Source: a virus (Duplodnaviria; Caudoviricetes). From it: a DNA stretch of 64,000 nucleotides. The stretch spans positions 32,001 through 96,000 of IMG/VR virus record IMGVR_UViG_3300021431_000089. One strand, written 5' to 3'. Position numbers and translations under genes: made by a program. Below, piece by piece: positions 18,537-28,855 of this stretch. The notes beneath the pieces are model-generated. The model did no database searches. It was not told where the DNA came from and worked only from the letters and a program-made list of their open reading frames with translations. How positions within the stretch are numbered: the stretch's first letter is position 1; every line of letters begins with the position of its first letter.

Positions 18537-19904
18537 ATGTCCGATAGTTTTCTGAACTTAACTGGCCTCAGGTATTATCACGAGAAGTTGAAGAGTTTAT
18601 TCGCAAAAAAGTCAGATGTCGACACAGCGCTTGCCGATAAAGTCGACAAAGAAACCGGTAAAGGATTATCGACAAATGACTATACAACAACCGAGAAGAA
18701 TAAGTTGAGGGATATCGCTACCGGTGCTCAGGTAAACGTAATCGAGTCTGTTAAGGTCAACGGAAATGCTTTAAGCATTACGGCTAAGGCAGTTGACGTG
18801 ACTGTGCCGACGGCAGTTTCTCAGCTTACAAATGATAGCAACTATATCACGCTCGCGGATGTTCCAGAAGGAGCGGCGGCGTCAACAGTGACTCCGAAAA
18901 TGGACGGAACAGCCGCTCGCGGTACAGATAGTGGTTTTGCCAGAGGCGACCACATCCACCCAACCGATACATCGAGAGCAGCTGCATCTGATCTGACCGC
19001 ACTTGCAGGCAGAGTCACGACCGCAGAGACAAAGCTTAGCGGAATCGCAGAGGGGGCTCAGGTCAATGCCATTGAAAGCGTCAAAGTAAACGGAACTGCG
19101 CTTTCCATTAAGAGTAAGGCCGTTGACGTGACTGTCCCAACAAAACTTAGCGACCTTTCCAATGACGGAAATTTCGTAACTGACGCATCTTACGTCCACA
19201 CAGACAACAACTATACAACCGCCGAGAAGAATAAGCTTGCGGCAATCGAAGCCAGCGCAGATGCTAACGTTATTGAATCCGTTAAGCGCAACGGCGTAGC
19301 GTTAACTGTAACAAACAAGGCTGTCGATATCTCAGTACCGACTGCTTTATCAGAGCTTACTAACGATGGCGACTTTGTAACAGATGCAAGCTACGTCCAT
19401 ACAGACAACAACTTCACTGACACATTGTTATCAAAGCTTAATGGTATTGCAGCTGGTGCAACAAAAACCACAATCGATTCAGAGCTGAATTCCACCAGCA
19501 CCAATCCCGTACAAAACAAAGTAATCAACACAGCTCTTGGTGCAAAGGCTCCGCTCGCAACCCCTACGTTCACAGGAACGCCTAAGGCTCCGACTGCTGC
19601 CGCCGGAACAAATACAACTCAGATCGCAACCACCGAATTCGTCACGACGGCAGTTGCAAATGCGATTGCTGGCGTTACATCTATCAGCTATCAAGTCGTT
19701 ACAAGTCTGCCAGCGACAGGTGAAAACGGTGTCATTTATCTGGTTGCTCACTCGCACGGAGCCGGAGATGCATATGATGAATATGTCTGGACTGGTACAT
19801 CGTTTGAAAAACTTGGCAATACAGACATTGACCTGTCTGGCTATATGCTGAAGACAGACATGATTGCAATCACCACGGCTGAGATCGATACATTATTTGC
19901 GTAA
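18537..19904 (+). CDS. head/tail fibre protein with three internal repeats
   Basis: KVDKETGKGLSTNDYT; 3x N.IESVK.NG.AL....KAVD..VPT; PTFTGTPKAPT. Confidence 0.75.
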   Translation: MSDSFLNLTGLRYYHEKLKSLFAKKSDVDTALADKVDKETGKGLSTNDYTTTEKNKLRDIATGAQVNVIESVKVNGNALSITAKAVDVTVPTAVSQLTNDSNYITLADVPEGAAASTVTPKMDGTAARGTDSGFARGDHIHPTDTSRAAASDLTALAGRVTTAETKLSGIAEGAQVNAIESVKVNGTALSIKSKAVDVTVPTKLSDLSNDGNFVTDASYVHTDNNYTTAEKNKLAAIEASADANVIESVKRNGVALTVTNKAVDISVPTALSELTNDGDFVTDASYVHTDNNFTDTLLSKLNGIAAGATKTTIDSELNSTSTNPVQNKVINTALGAKAPLATPTFTGTPKAPTAAAGTNTTQIATTEFVTTAVANAIAGVTSISYQVVTSLPATGENGVIYLVAHSHGAGDAYDEYVWTGTSFEKLGNTDIDLSGYMLKTDMIAITTAEIDTLFA

Positions 19905-19918
19905 GGCGGTGACGCTCT

Positions 19919-22018
19919 ATGGCAAATAAGTATTTGGATACCATCGGTTTAGGACATTTAGTTGATAAAATCAAGAGTAAGTTTGTTCCAAAAAGAGAGG
20001 GCGGACACGCATATAACAACGTTGCTTCGGCATATTCCAAAGATGCCCCAGGCTACTGGCGAATAACGCTGCCAACGGTGACGGCATATGAAATGCTTCA
20101 GATTGAAATCGGCGTTCGACAGCACTATTACGTTCCATACTATGGAAAAATCATACTGCATGCATATCATAATAATACATCGCCATACGATTGGCGCCAG
20201 TTCAAAGCCACTTTAATAGGCGAGTTTAACGAAAACTTACAAATCTACGGAAGTGAAGGGAAATACTTTTACATTGCGGGATGCGCTGAATACTCGGCTA
20301 TAAGTGTGGATAAGATCCTTGTTGGCGACAGTGCCATTTATTCTGATCTTTCAAATGTTGTGATAGACCACGTGTCCGCATTACCGAGTACTAAACAACA
20401 GGCAACCCTAACACGTATGGTGACTGGTGTAAAAGGTAATAACGAATCTACATATAGTACCGGCAATGTAAATCTTACGGCGGATAAAATAGGTGCTTTT
20501 GAAAAACAGCCATACGCTGAAGGTACTCTTGAGGCTGGGATCAGACCGTACGTCGATTTCGCAAGGGCTAATAGGCTTGCGTTTTTACCGGCAGACCAAA
20601 TTATTATTGAGCAGACAACTGATGGTGGAGAAACATGGACTTCTGCTGAAATAACAGATGCCACAAAAGAATCATTATTCTCTGAATTTAGTACGCCGGT
20701 CAACATACCTTTGTTAAATAACCAGAAATCAACGTCTTGTGGATTGAGAATTACTATTACTGGCATGAAATATAATGTTCCATCGGGAACTGCGGAGACG
20801 GAAAAGTACAACTATTGGAATAGCGAGTATTTCAAAAGTACCGAAAGATATTTTAACGTCAGAGAATGGTGGTTTTGGTTATCTTCGACTGGCGACCGTA
20901 TTAGACCACAGATATTTTATGCAACGGGGAATAAGCCGAACGACTGGAAAACCTGTTTTGATAAAGATTTCAGAATGAATGGATGGTCTGGATCAGACTG
21001 GATCAGAGCTGGAAGCGGCATGGCTTTTGGTGGTTATACCGGTCAATTCGATCAACCGTGGAATTGGAGACTAATATTTTGGAGTGCCACAAAAGAAAAT
21101 CGAGATACATTCATCAGTGCGTCAGTACAGAACATTCAACAGATAAGATGTTACGGCGACAGTGTTTGGACGGCCGCAAACTGGTTAATGCGTCATGATC
21201 ATTTATACACATGGGATTCGCAACAAAATGTTGCATTCCCAGCAAATGTTAGAGCCACTCAATTTACAGGTGCTCTTAACGGAACCGCGACAAATGCGTC
21301 AAAAGTCAATAACCACACAGTCAACTCAGACGTTCCTGCAAATGCCGTTTTCACCGACACGGTCACCACAGCTTCTACAACTGGAACTGGTAATGCGGTA
21401 ACGGCTATCACGGCTTCCAACGGAGCATTAACTGTGACTAAGGGCACAACGTTCTTGACATCACATCAAGATATTTCCGGCAAGGCTGATAAGTCGGCCA
21501 CCGTTTCCACCGTCGCGTGGGATTCGGCAAATAAAAAACTGACGAAAACAATTAACGGCACAACAACAGATGTTGTAGCAGGCTCGGCAATTCTTAGCGG
21601 GTTAACCAAATCGCAGGTAACGACAGCGCTTGGATATACACCGCCTGAAACAGACACAGTTGCCACTGTGACAACAACTGGTTCGGGAAATGCAATTACA
21701 GCATTGACGGCCACAAATGGCGCCATCACAGCAACACTTGGGGCTACATTCCTTACAGAGCATCAGGATATCTCAGGCAAGATGAATGTGCCAGTTGGCG
21801 GTAATGCAGGACAGGTGCTTACGAAAACAGCCACTGGTTATGAGTGGCGAGATCCCATTTCGCTTGAGGCATATGTCGCAGGCGAGGTAGTAACATTCGA
21901 AGATGGTGTCGTTGATACAGCGACTGGAGGCGGTGGCGGTGTCACAGTAGAACAGGTTCAACAAATGATCAACGATGCAATTTCAGATATAACAGACGGA
22001 GATGAGGTGAGTTATTAA
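19919..22018 (+). CDS. tail fibre / adhesin
   Basis: VTGVKG....Y.TGNVNLT motif; duplicated TTG.GNA.TA...FLT.HQDISGK. Confidence 0.72.
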   Translation: MANKYLDTIGLGHLVDKIKSKFVPKREGGHAYNNVASAYSKDAPGYWRITLPTVTAYEMLQIEIGVRQHYYVPYYGKIILHAYHNNTSPYDWRQFKATLIGEFNENLQIYGSEGKYFYIAGCAEYSAISVDKILVGDSAIYSDLSNVVIDHVSALPSTKQQATLTRMVTGVKGNNESTYSTGNVNLTADKIGAFEKQPYAEGTLEAGIRPYVDFARANRLAFLPADQIIIEQTTDGGETWTSAEITDATKESLFSEFSTPVNIPLLNNQKSTSCGLRITITGMKYNVPSGTAETEKYNYWNSEYFKSTERYFNVREWWFWLSSTGDRIRPQIFYATGNKPNDWKTCFDKDFRMNGWSGSDWIRAGSGMAFGGYTGQFDQPWNWRLIFWSATKENRDTFISASVQNIQQIRCYGDSVWTAANWLMRHDHLYTWDSQQNVAFPANVRATQFTGALNGTATNASKVNNHTVNSDVPANAVFTDTVTTASTTGTGNAVTAITASNGALTVTKGTTFLTSHQDISGKADKSATVSTVAWDSANKKLTKTINGTTTDVVAGSAILSGLTKSQVTTALGYTPPETDTVATVTTTGSGNAITALTATNGAITATLGATFLTEHQDISGKMNVPVGGNAGQVLTKTATGYEWRDPISLEAYVAGEVVTFEDGVVDTATGGGGGVTVEQVQQMINDAISDITDGDEVSY

Positions 22019-22779
22019 TGGCTAAGGTTTTAGTCACAGAATCATATCTTACAGCTATTGCCAATGCCATTAGAAACAAGCTTGGCGGTAGCGCAGCGTA
22101 TAAGCCATCACAGATGGCAGATGCGATTTCAAGTATTCCGACAGGCGGCAGTGGTAAGCCCGAACAGACAAAGAACGCCACTCCATCCGAAACCGCCCAG
22201 ACGATCAAGCCTGACAGTGGTTATACACTTTCCAGTGTCACTGTAGGTGCGATTTCGTCAACGTATGTCGGCAGCGGCGTCGCCAGAAAATCATCTAGCA
22301 ATCTGACGGCTTCAGGTGCAACAGTGACAGTACCCGCCGGGTATTATTCTTCACAAGCGTCAAAGGCTGTTGCAGCGGCAACACAGGCAACACCAAGTAT
22401 TAGTGTAAGTAGTGCCGGATTAATAACGGCCAGCGCTACACAAACCGCAGGATACGTTACTGCCGGAACTAAATCTGCAACAAAACAGTTAAGCACTGAT
22501 AGCGGTTCAACAGTAACACCGACAAAGTCATCGCAGACGGTGTCTGTCAGTGGCAAATATATGACCGGGAATGTCGTTGTTAATGCGATTCCTGCAGCAT
22601 ATATCACTACCACTGACGCCACCGCCGGTGCGGGAGATATTTTATCCGGCGAGACTGCATACGTGAACGGCTCAAAGGTCACTGGAACTCTGCAAGTCCA
22701 TAATTATTACACAGGTACGGGCGACCCATCCTCTGCCACTGGAAACAATGGTGATCTATATTTAAAGGTGAATAGCTAA
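22018..22779 (+). CDS. fibre protein
   Basis: LTAIANAIRNK N-terminus; PDSGY.LSSVTV; GDILSGETAYVNG. Confidence 0.65.
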   Translation: MAKVLVTESYLTAIANAIRNKLGGSAAYKPSQMADAISSIPTGGSGKPEQTKNATPSETAQTIKPDSGYTLSSVTVGAISSTYVGSGVARKSSSNLTASGATVTVPAGYYSSQASKAVAAATQATPSISVSSAGLITASATQTAGYVTAGTKSATKQLSTDSGSTVTPTKSSQTVSVSGKYMTGNVVVNAIPAAYITTTDATAGAGDILSGETAYVNGSKVTGTLQVHNYYTGTGDPSSATGNNGDLYLKVNS

Positions 22780-24122
22780 TGCCTACAGCAAGATTAATTC
22801 CAAGTGATTACTACCTGAGTAGTTCTTCATACTTGTCCGTATCCAACGAGGATAATATGTATGCCAATACCGATAGCACAACATATGCAAGTGTTTATAA
22901 TTCTCGGGCGAGCACCACGTCATATTACATCTACCTGCGTGGATTTAATTTTGGTTCGGTTCCAAGTGCTGCGGTCGTGAATTCGTTTACGGTTAAGCTT
23001 AAGGCAAGTGAAAGCGGTGTGAGCACATCTACATCTTATAAACCATATTTGGCCAATGGTACATCTGCCATCAACGGAACGTGTGATCCTATAACAGCAT
23101 CAGTTCAGACACTTGAGTTTGATGGATTGACGGCGGATTGGGAAACAATTGTTGGATACGGAAGTGACTTCGGGATTCGCATCAACTGTCGAAGAGCATC
23201 AAGAAACACCGCTGCTTATATGTATATCTATGGCGCAGAGATAGAAGTCAATTACACCGTTCCCAACCCGGCGACGGTGACATCAACTCTGGTTGGTAAC
23301 GGTACAATTTCACCAAATGGTGCATATTCAACATCCGAAGGCGCAACATATGAGTTAACGATTACGCCCGATGATGTCTCGGAGGAAGTGACAATTACAA
23401 AGGACGGCGTTGATGTAACCGCCGACTTGGTTGTGCATGCGCCCGGGCAGACGACCAATTTCGTCCCCGCCGATGTTACCACATCCTATATACAAAGCGG
23501 TTCTTCATATGCAGAGTATGCAGTCGGGCATAGCGCGGAAGATCCGTCCAGTTCTGGAACGTCATCGAACATGTATGCTTCAGATACAGGTTATGCGGAT
23601 TACACATTTAATTTCAGTTCCATTCCGAGCAACGCCGTGATCGATGAGTTCTCTGTCAGGTGCTATGGGCACAGAGAGAATGCAACCATTGACTCAAGCC
23701 ACATCTCGAGTGTAGCAATAGTTGTGAATGATACCGCCGTCAGTGAAGAGGTTGACTTCCCATCGACAAGTAATACAACAATTACTGTTGAGCCGACGGG
23801 TAATATCACGAGAGCAGATCTCAATAATTTAGCCATTCGTCATACGGTTGGTTATTACGGTGGACTGGTTCTAGGTATCACTATAACAATTACATATTCA
23901 ACCGGTTCCGGTACGATTGATCATTATACATACACTTACACTGTAAGTGGAGATGCGGCGATCATCGTTACTATTGGATCGCAGGAGAAGATGTACCTTA
24001 AAGTCAATGGATCGTGGAAGGTCGTTGATAAAGTTTATAAGAAAGTTAATGGCGCCTGGGTTGAGCAGACAGATTTGGCGTCGCTTTTCAATACAGCCTA
24101 TGCCTATGTGCATAGAGAATAA
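22779..24122 (+). CDS. fibre/adhesin with two similar beta-sandwich domains
   Basis: Two FNF.S.PS.AV...F.V modules; C-terminal YLKVNGSW...YKKVNGAW. Confidence 0.6.
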   Translation: MPTARLIPSDYYLSSSSYLSVSNEDNMYANTDSTTYASVYNSRASTTSYYIYLRGFNFGSVPSAAVVNSFTVKLKASESGVSTSTSYKPYLANGTSAINGTCDPITASVQTLEFDGLTADWETIVGYGSDFGIRINCRRASRNTAAYMYIYGAEIEVNYTVPNPATVTSTLVGNGTISPNGAYSTSEGATYELTITPDDVSEEVTITKDGVDVTADLVVHAPGQTTNFVPADVTTSYIQSGSSYAEYAVGHSAEDPSSSGTSSNMYASDTGYADYTFNFSSIPSNAVIDEFSVRCYGHRENATIDSSHISSVAIVVNDTAVSEEVDFPSTSNTTITVEPTGNITRADLNNLAIRHTVGYYGGLVLGITITITYSTGSGTIDHYTYTYTVSGDAAIIVTIGSQEKMYLKVNGSWKVVDKVYKKVNGAWVEQTDLASLFNTAYAYVHRE

Positions 24123-24134
24123 GGAGGTAGGACT

Positions 24135-25709
24135 ATGTCAGAAGTGTCGCAGATTAGAGTCAAAGGCACTTTATATGATATCAAGGACGCGGTCGCGAGA
24201 CTTGCGACTGGTGCCCCTGCTGTGGCATCAACCGCTGCGGGCATGACCGACACGTCCAAGATTTACGTATATACGGGTACTGAAAGTGGCTACACTAAAG
24301 GCCACTGGTACTACCACGACGGAACATCGTGGGTGAGCGGCGGCGTATACCAAAGCTCAGGAATCGAAACAGATTCTAGCCTGTCCGTAAGCGGCGCCGC
24401 GGCAGATGCTAAAGTTACAGGCGACGCAATTAACAATGTTGTTTACGTCGGAACCGAGGCAACAGATAGTCATACACAGGTCTTAGTATCGCCGACAAAT
24501 ACCGAGTTGGATATTGTTACGCAGGCCGATTTCGATGCGGAGATCAGTGATTTGAGGATCGCAATAAGTTCTTCACAGGGCATGAGCGCAGAGTTCAAAG
24601 TGGCACTGGAAAATTTAGTATCGCATGTTGCCTTCATTGGCGATGATCCTACTGGACGGGCATATATTGATGCACTGCATACGGCTATGTATCCTCCTGC
24701 TAATCTGACAAGGATTTCAGCGGTATATACGCAGAGCGGGACAGTTTATGCTACGGATTCTATTGATTCGTTGAAAGATGATTTGACAGTTACTGCATCG
24801 TATAGCAACGGAACAATATCAACGGTTGCAAAGACTGATTACACATTAAGCGGAACACTTACTGAGGGCACAAGTACTATCACAGTTTCGTATGGTGGTA
24901 AGACAACCTCGTTCAATGTCACTGTTTCATCCGTTCCGGAGTATGGCACGTTTACTCCGCAGAATATCGTAAACGGAAAATACATTTCTGATACTGGTGT
25001 TATTTCAGATTCTACATATGGATCATATAGTGAAGACTATTTACGAGTAATGTCCCATGTATATTTTATTAAATTCGATAACCTGAAAGGATCGAACCCT
25101 AACTATAGAATTTGCGAGTATGATTCTACAAAGAATTACTTGAGGCAGAACCATGTTTCAAACACTGGAGCGAATTATGGCTTGACGGGTTCATCGAATA
25201 CTTTTGCTTTCCCTGACGATACCAGCTATGTAAGATTGTCTTGGTATGGTGAAGATCAGCTCCGCACGCCTTCGGTCACTATAAACACAGTGTCCTATAC
25301 TGACTTACCTATGGAAATAGGTGATATAGATAGTGCTACTGGCGAGAATAAAGTGGAATCCAAGCGTTGCAGAACGCAAACATTTATTCCTGTTACAGGT
25401 TCCACTATTACCGTTTCCAACTGTCCTTTCTTTGCAAACTGGCATGCAACGGCGGTCAGCAAAGAGGGCACTGATGGTTGGGGCAACGGTGCAGGATATT
25501 TCTTTAGGTGTTATGACTCATCGCATAATATCGTAGGAACGTTATCTTATTACAACAACAACATTACAGATGTCGCTTTACCGAGCGGCACTGCATACGT
25601 CCGAATGATCTTCCAAAAGAACAGCAATGATTTTCCAACGGATTTTGATAAGTTGGTGATACAGCCGATTGTGATTAATGGTGTCAATTACAGAATTGTG
25701 AAGGCTTAA
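24135..25709 (+). CDS. fibre protein with bacterial Ig-like domain
   Basis: ISAVYTQ...LTVTASYS.G...YTLSGTLTEGTSTITVSYGGKT Ig-like motif. Confidence 0.7.
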   Translation: MSEVSQIRVKGTLYDIKDAVARLATGAPAVASTAAGMTDTSKIYVYTGTESGYTKGHWYYHDGTSWVSGGVYQSSGIETDSSLSVSGAAADAKVTGDAINNVVYVGTEATDSHTQVLVSPTNTELDIVTQADFDAEISDLRIAISSSQGMSAEFKVALENLVSHVAFIGDDPTGRAYIDALHTAMYPPANLTRISAVYTQSGTVYATDSIDSLKDDLTVTASYSNGTISTVAKTDYTLSGTLTEGTSTITVSYGGKTTSFNVTVSSVPEYGTFTPQNIVNGKYISDTGVISDSTYGSYSEDYLRVMSHVYFIKFDNLKGSNPNYRICEYDSTKNYLRQNHVSNTGANYGLTGSSNTFAFPDDTSYVRLSWYGEDQLRTPSVTINTVSYTDLPMEIGDIDSATGENKVESKRCRTQTFIPVTGSTITVSNCPFFANWHATAVSKEGTDGWGNGAGYFFRCYDSSHNIVGTLSYYNNNITDVALPSGTAYVRMIFQKNSNDFPTDFDKLVIQPIVINGVNYRIVKA

Positions 25710-25711
25710 GT

Positions 25712-27007
25712 ATGGCAGTATATGATGTGAATGGTGTTGCTCTTAATGCCATATATAATGCTGATGGAAGTGAATTGAACAAGGCTTATAATGCCGACGG
25801 AAACATTGTTTATCAGAAGCAATCAATCGTAATTCCGACGGGTGATTATTCAACACAGATTGGTTATCTGTCGGATTGGTTGATTAATCTTGCGACATAC
25901 ACAGCGAACGGTGAGACATATGTCAAAGAGCGTTACCGCATGGACACATGGGCATGGTCAAGCGGTGCAACGGCAATGGCTTGTGCTCAAACTGCATGGA
26001 TGTATCTGAACTTGTGGCAGTACACGGGTAATAGCAATTATTTGACTACCGCTCGGAACCTTGTCACGAGTCTGGAAAAAGGTAGAGCGTCAAACGGTGG
26101 ATTCCCCATGTTCATCTATAACGCAGGCGATCATTATATGGATACCAACATTTATACAGGCGGTAATTCAGAAGTCCCGATCAGTCTGTTCAGATGTGCG
26201 GAGATTGATGCCGAAAATGCACAGACATATATCACGAACGGTCTGCGGTCATGCGAATATCTGCTTTCGATTCAGAACAGTAATGGCTCATGGAGAACGG
26301 TAACGAATGACACTTCTCAGACGGCTATGTTCACTGCACAAGCAATAAGCGCATTGGCTATGGGGTATCAGCACGCTTCAAATAAAAGCGTTTATCAGAC
26401 GGCTATAGAAAAAGGTATTGCTTTTATTCAGACACAGTTACTGTCAGACAATCGCATTAAGACTTGCCGTGAAGTAAGTCCGAACACTGAATACTGGCGA
26501 CCGCCTACATCAGACCAGTCTATCGTTATAAGAGGGCTTGCCTTAGCAGAATACTATTTGCCGAATAACTCCAATGTTTCCAGTTGGAGAACATTACGGC
26601 GGACACTTTTGTCATATCTGAATCAGTGCATCGGTTCTGAGGGTGCTGTCAGAAATGGCCTTGAAACAACAAATCTTCCGAATGATTTCTATGGATTGAC
26701 TGACCATGTATACACAACATCGTGGGCGATTGAAGCATATCATTTCTGCGGACTTGTTGATAACGATCAGACTGAAATGAACATATCCAAGGGAATCGTT
26801 GATTTCTGTAAAGGAAACCTGTATTTCAACACAGGCAACGAAAACACGAACGGAACGCTCAGAGGTGCGTACAACATTCAAGACGGCAACTGGGATACAT
26901 CAGCGTTGACACAGGATAGCGGTAACGAAGGCGGTGCTGAGATGATTTATGTCGGATGGGTAATGTCTCCGATTTGTACATGGATGATGAAGTACCAAGA
27001 GAACTAA
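25712..27007 (+). CDS. alpha/alpha-toroid protein (prenyltransferase/glycosidase-like), probably virion-associated
   Basis: YLLSIQNSNGSW QW-like motif, repeated helical hairpins; last gene of fibre cluster. Confidence 0.5.
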   Translation: MAVYDVNGVALNAIYNADGSELNKAYNADGNIVYQKQSIVIPTGDYSTQIGYLSDWLINLATYTANGETYVKERYRMDTWAWSSGATAMACAQTAWMYLNLWQYTGNSNYLTTARNLVTSLEKGRASNGGFPMFIYNAGDHYMDTNIYTGGNSEVPISLFRCAEIDAENAQTYITNGLRSCEYLLSIQNSNGSWRTVTNDTSQTAMFTAQAISALAMGYQHASNKSVYQTAIEKGIAFIQTQLLSDNRIKTCREVSPNTEYWRPPTSDQSIVIRGLALAEYYLPNNSNVSSWRTLRRTLLSYLNQCIGSEGAVRNGLETTNLPNDFYGLTDHVYTTSWAIEAYHFCGLVDNDQTEMNISKGIVDFCKGNLYFNTGNENTNGTLRGAYNIQDGNWDTSALTQDSGNEGGAEMIYVGWVMSPICTWMMKYQEN

Positions 27008-27041
27008 AGGAAATTTTAACACTAAACGAATACGTTACACA

Positions 27042-27075
27042 GGTGCGCGGTTAGCGAATAATTGCGCACCTTTTT
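27042..27075 (+). terminator. intrinsic terminator
   Basis: GGTGCGCGGTT-agcgaat-AATTGCGCACC-TTTTT. Confidence 0.7.
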
Positions 27076-27101
27076 AAATTCTTTACAACAACAAGCGAAT
27101 A

Positions 27102-27127
27102 AGGCGGGAAAGACTCCCGCCCTTTTT
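27102..27127 (+). terminator. intrinsic terminator
   Basis: GGCGGGA-aagac-TCCCGCC-CTTTTT. Confidence 0.7.
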
Positions 27128-27162
27128 ATTTTCGCGACAAAGGCGATGAAAGGAGAAAGCCT

Positions 27163-27945
27163 ATGGCTACAAAATCTTATCAGGACTTTAAAGAAAAGTA
27201 TCTCGGCAAACGCGTCGACATCGACGGGTTCCCCGCCAACCAGCCCTATCAGTGCTGGGACTATGTCAGTGGACTTTACTTCCCTTATATCGGGGGCAAA
27301 GTCATCCATTGTGGACAGAGCGGCTATGTAAAAGATATTGCCAATCAGCGCAATAGCAATGGCATTCTTGACTTTTGTGTAGATGTAGGGCTGAAAGCAA
27401 CATTGCAGCCCGGCGACATCTGCATTTGGACAAACTGCCCCGCCTGCCCCTACTCTCACATTGCTATCTACGACCACGACGACGGTCAGGAGGCAGTGTT
27501 CTTCATCGGTCAGAACCAGTCTGCCACATACGTCAACATTATCAAGATTCCTGTAGCAGGAATCATTGGCGTATTCAGACCGAAAATTTTCGTCGGCAAG
27601 AAAGAGGCTTCCGAAGTTAAACAGGCAAAGAAGAAAAAGAAGCCTGATCAGATTCTGACCAAAGGCTCCAAGGTTATTTCTGAAGGATTCTACATCCAGA
27701 AGATTAACTACCAGAAAGACTGGGGCTACAACAGCTGGGTTGGCGGATGGTTCCCGCTCAAGGACGTTAACGAGGTTGACGCTCTTGACGGCAGAAAGGA
27801 TCAGATCGTTCACATCGGTTCCGGCTGTGCGTTTAACAAGGGCGTTATGACTGTCATTGACATCAACGTCAAGAATGATACAGCGCTGTGTAAAGAACTT
27901 GGCTACTGGGTCAAGTCCAGATGCCTGCGCGAAGTGGAGGACTAA
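27163..27945 (+). CDS. CHAP-domain endolysin
   Basis: DIDG...YQCWDY catalytic Cys, YSHIAI His, GQNQ; C-terminal DQI...GS repeats. Confidence 0.85.
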   Translation: MATKSYQDFKEKYLGKRVDIDGFPANQPYQCWDYVSGLYFPYIGGKVIHCGQSGYVKDIANQRNSNGILDFCVDVGLKATLQPGDICIWTNCPACPYSHIAIYDHDDGQEAVFFIGQNQSATYVNIIKIPVAGIIGVFRPKIFVGKKEASEVKQAKKKKKPDQILTKGSKVISEGFYIQKINYQKDWGYNSWVGGWFPLKDVNEVDALDGRKDQIVHIGSGCAFNKGVMTVIDINVKNDTALCKELGYWVKSRCLREVED

Positions 27946-27948
27946 ATT

Positions 27949-28185
27949 ATGAGTATTGATTGGAAAAGAAAATTATCGTCAAGGAAACTCTGGCTTGCTA
28001 TTGCAGGTCTCGTATCGGGTATTATGATTTTTCTCGGAAGACCTGAGAGCGAAGCCACACAGGTATCGGCACTGATTATGTCGGCCGCATCTGTAGTTAG
28101 CTACGTTGTGGCTGAAGGTCTCATCGATTCCGCCAACGCACCCTATGTAGGCGCCGTGGAGGATGAGGCCGATGAATCCAACTGA
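27949..28185 (+). CDS. holin
   Basis: IDWKRKLSSRKLWLAI; two TM helices; next to endolysin. Confidence 0.8.
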   Translation: MSIDWKRKLSSRKLWLAIAGLVSGIMIFLGRPESEATQVSALIMSAASVVSYVVAEGLIDSANAPYVGAVEDEADESN

Positions 28186-28549
28186 GTTAGAAGTAGTCTG
28201 GTCATTTGTCGGTAAATTGGCCGCAGTTGTTGGTGTTCTCGTAGCTCTGGTCAAAGGCTATCAGTTTTTGAGATCGCTGACCCCGATCTCCAAACTCGAA
28301 TTACGAGTTGGCGAGGCGGAACAGAAATTAAGGAACGATTACGATCATTTAAAAAAGATCGATGAACAAATCGAGCATTTGGAGAAGACGTCCGATGATA
28401 CGCAACTCCAGATTAAAGAAGTTAATGAGGGCATTCAGCGGATAGGAAAGTCACAGATTTCGCTCTTGCGTCATTTTGTGACTGGGAACGGCCAGAAAGA
28501 AATGGCAGATGAAGCGGACGATCTAACTGAGTGGTTCATCGATAGATAG
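28172..28549 (+). CDS. single-TM coiled-coil lysis-associated protein
   Basis: GGAGG RBS before ATG 28172; N-terminal TM, coiled coil. Confidence 0.55.
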   Translation: MNPTELEVVWSFVGKLAAVVGVLVALVKGYQFLRSLTPISKLELRVGEAEQKLRNDYDHLKKIDEQIEHLEKTSDDTQLQIKEVNEGIQRIGKSQISLLRHFVTGNGQKEMADEADDLTEWFIDR

Positions 28550-28559
28550 ATGTATCTCG

Positions 28560-28582
28560 GGGTCGCGCAAGCGGCCCTTTTT
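28560..28582 (+). terminator. intrinsic terminator
   Basis: GGGTCGC-GCAA-GCGGCCC-TTTTT. Confidence 0.75.
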
Positions 28583-28596
28583 AGGAGGCTAAATAA

Positions 28597-28824
28597 ATGA
28601 AAAATTTAACACCTGTAACAAGATTAGAGAAGTATCTTCATGCAATTGCGACCGGAGAGTCGATCAACCTAACTCCGACGAACGACGAAGAGAAGCTGCT
28701 CGACGCGATCATGCGTGGAAATGGAGAGTCGATCCACATCAACCCGAAGACGCGTGATAGTTATTTCCTCGCAAAGATTGCTGGCGCACACATTGTCGGA
28801 GAAGACACTGGAAACTTCGATTAA
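28597..28824 (+). CDS. small repeat protein, paralog 1
   Basis: AGGAGG RBS; MKNLTPVTRLEKYLHAIA; three internal units. Confidence 0.7.
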   Translation: MKNLTPVTRLEKYLHAIATGESINLTPTNDEEKLLDAIMRGNGESIHINPKTRDSYFLAKIAGAHIVGEDTGNFD

Positions 28825-28855
28825 AAGGATCAAGTGTGAGGAGGCATGAATAGTT

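Noticed and set aside
15864-27007. Diversity-generating retroelement or invertible fibre cassette
   Set aside because: No reverse transcriptase, TR/VR pair or invertase seen; repeats are ordinary intragenic fibre repeats
27022-27813. 263-aa antisense ORF over the endolysin and other long shadow ORFs (126..698, 14520..15083, 55647..56270)
   Set aside because: Opposite well-supported genes, with no RBS or motifs; codon-bias shadows
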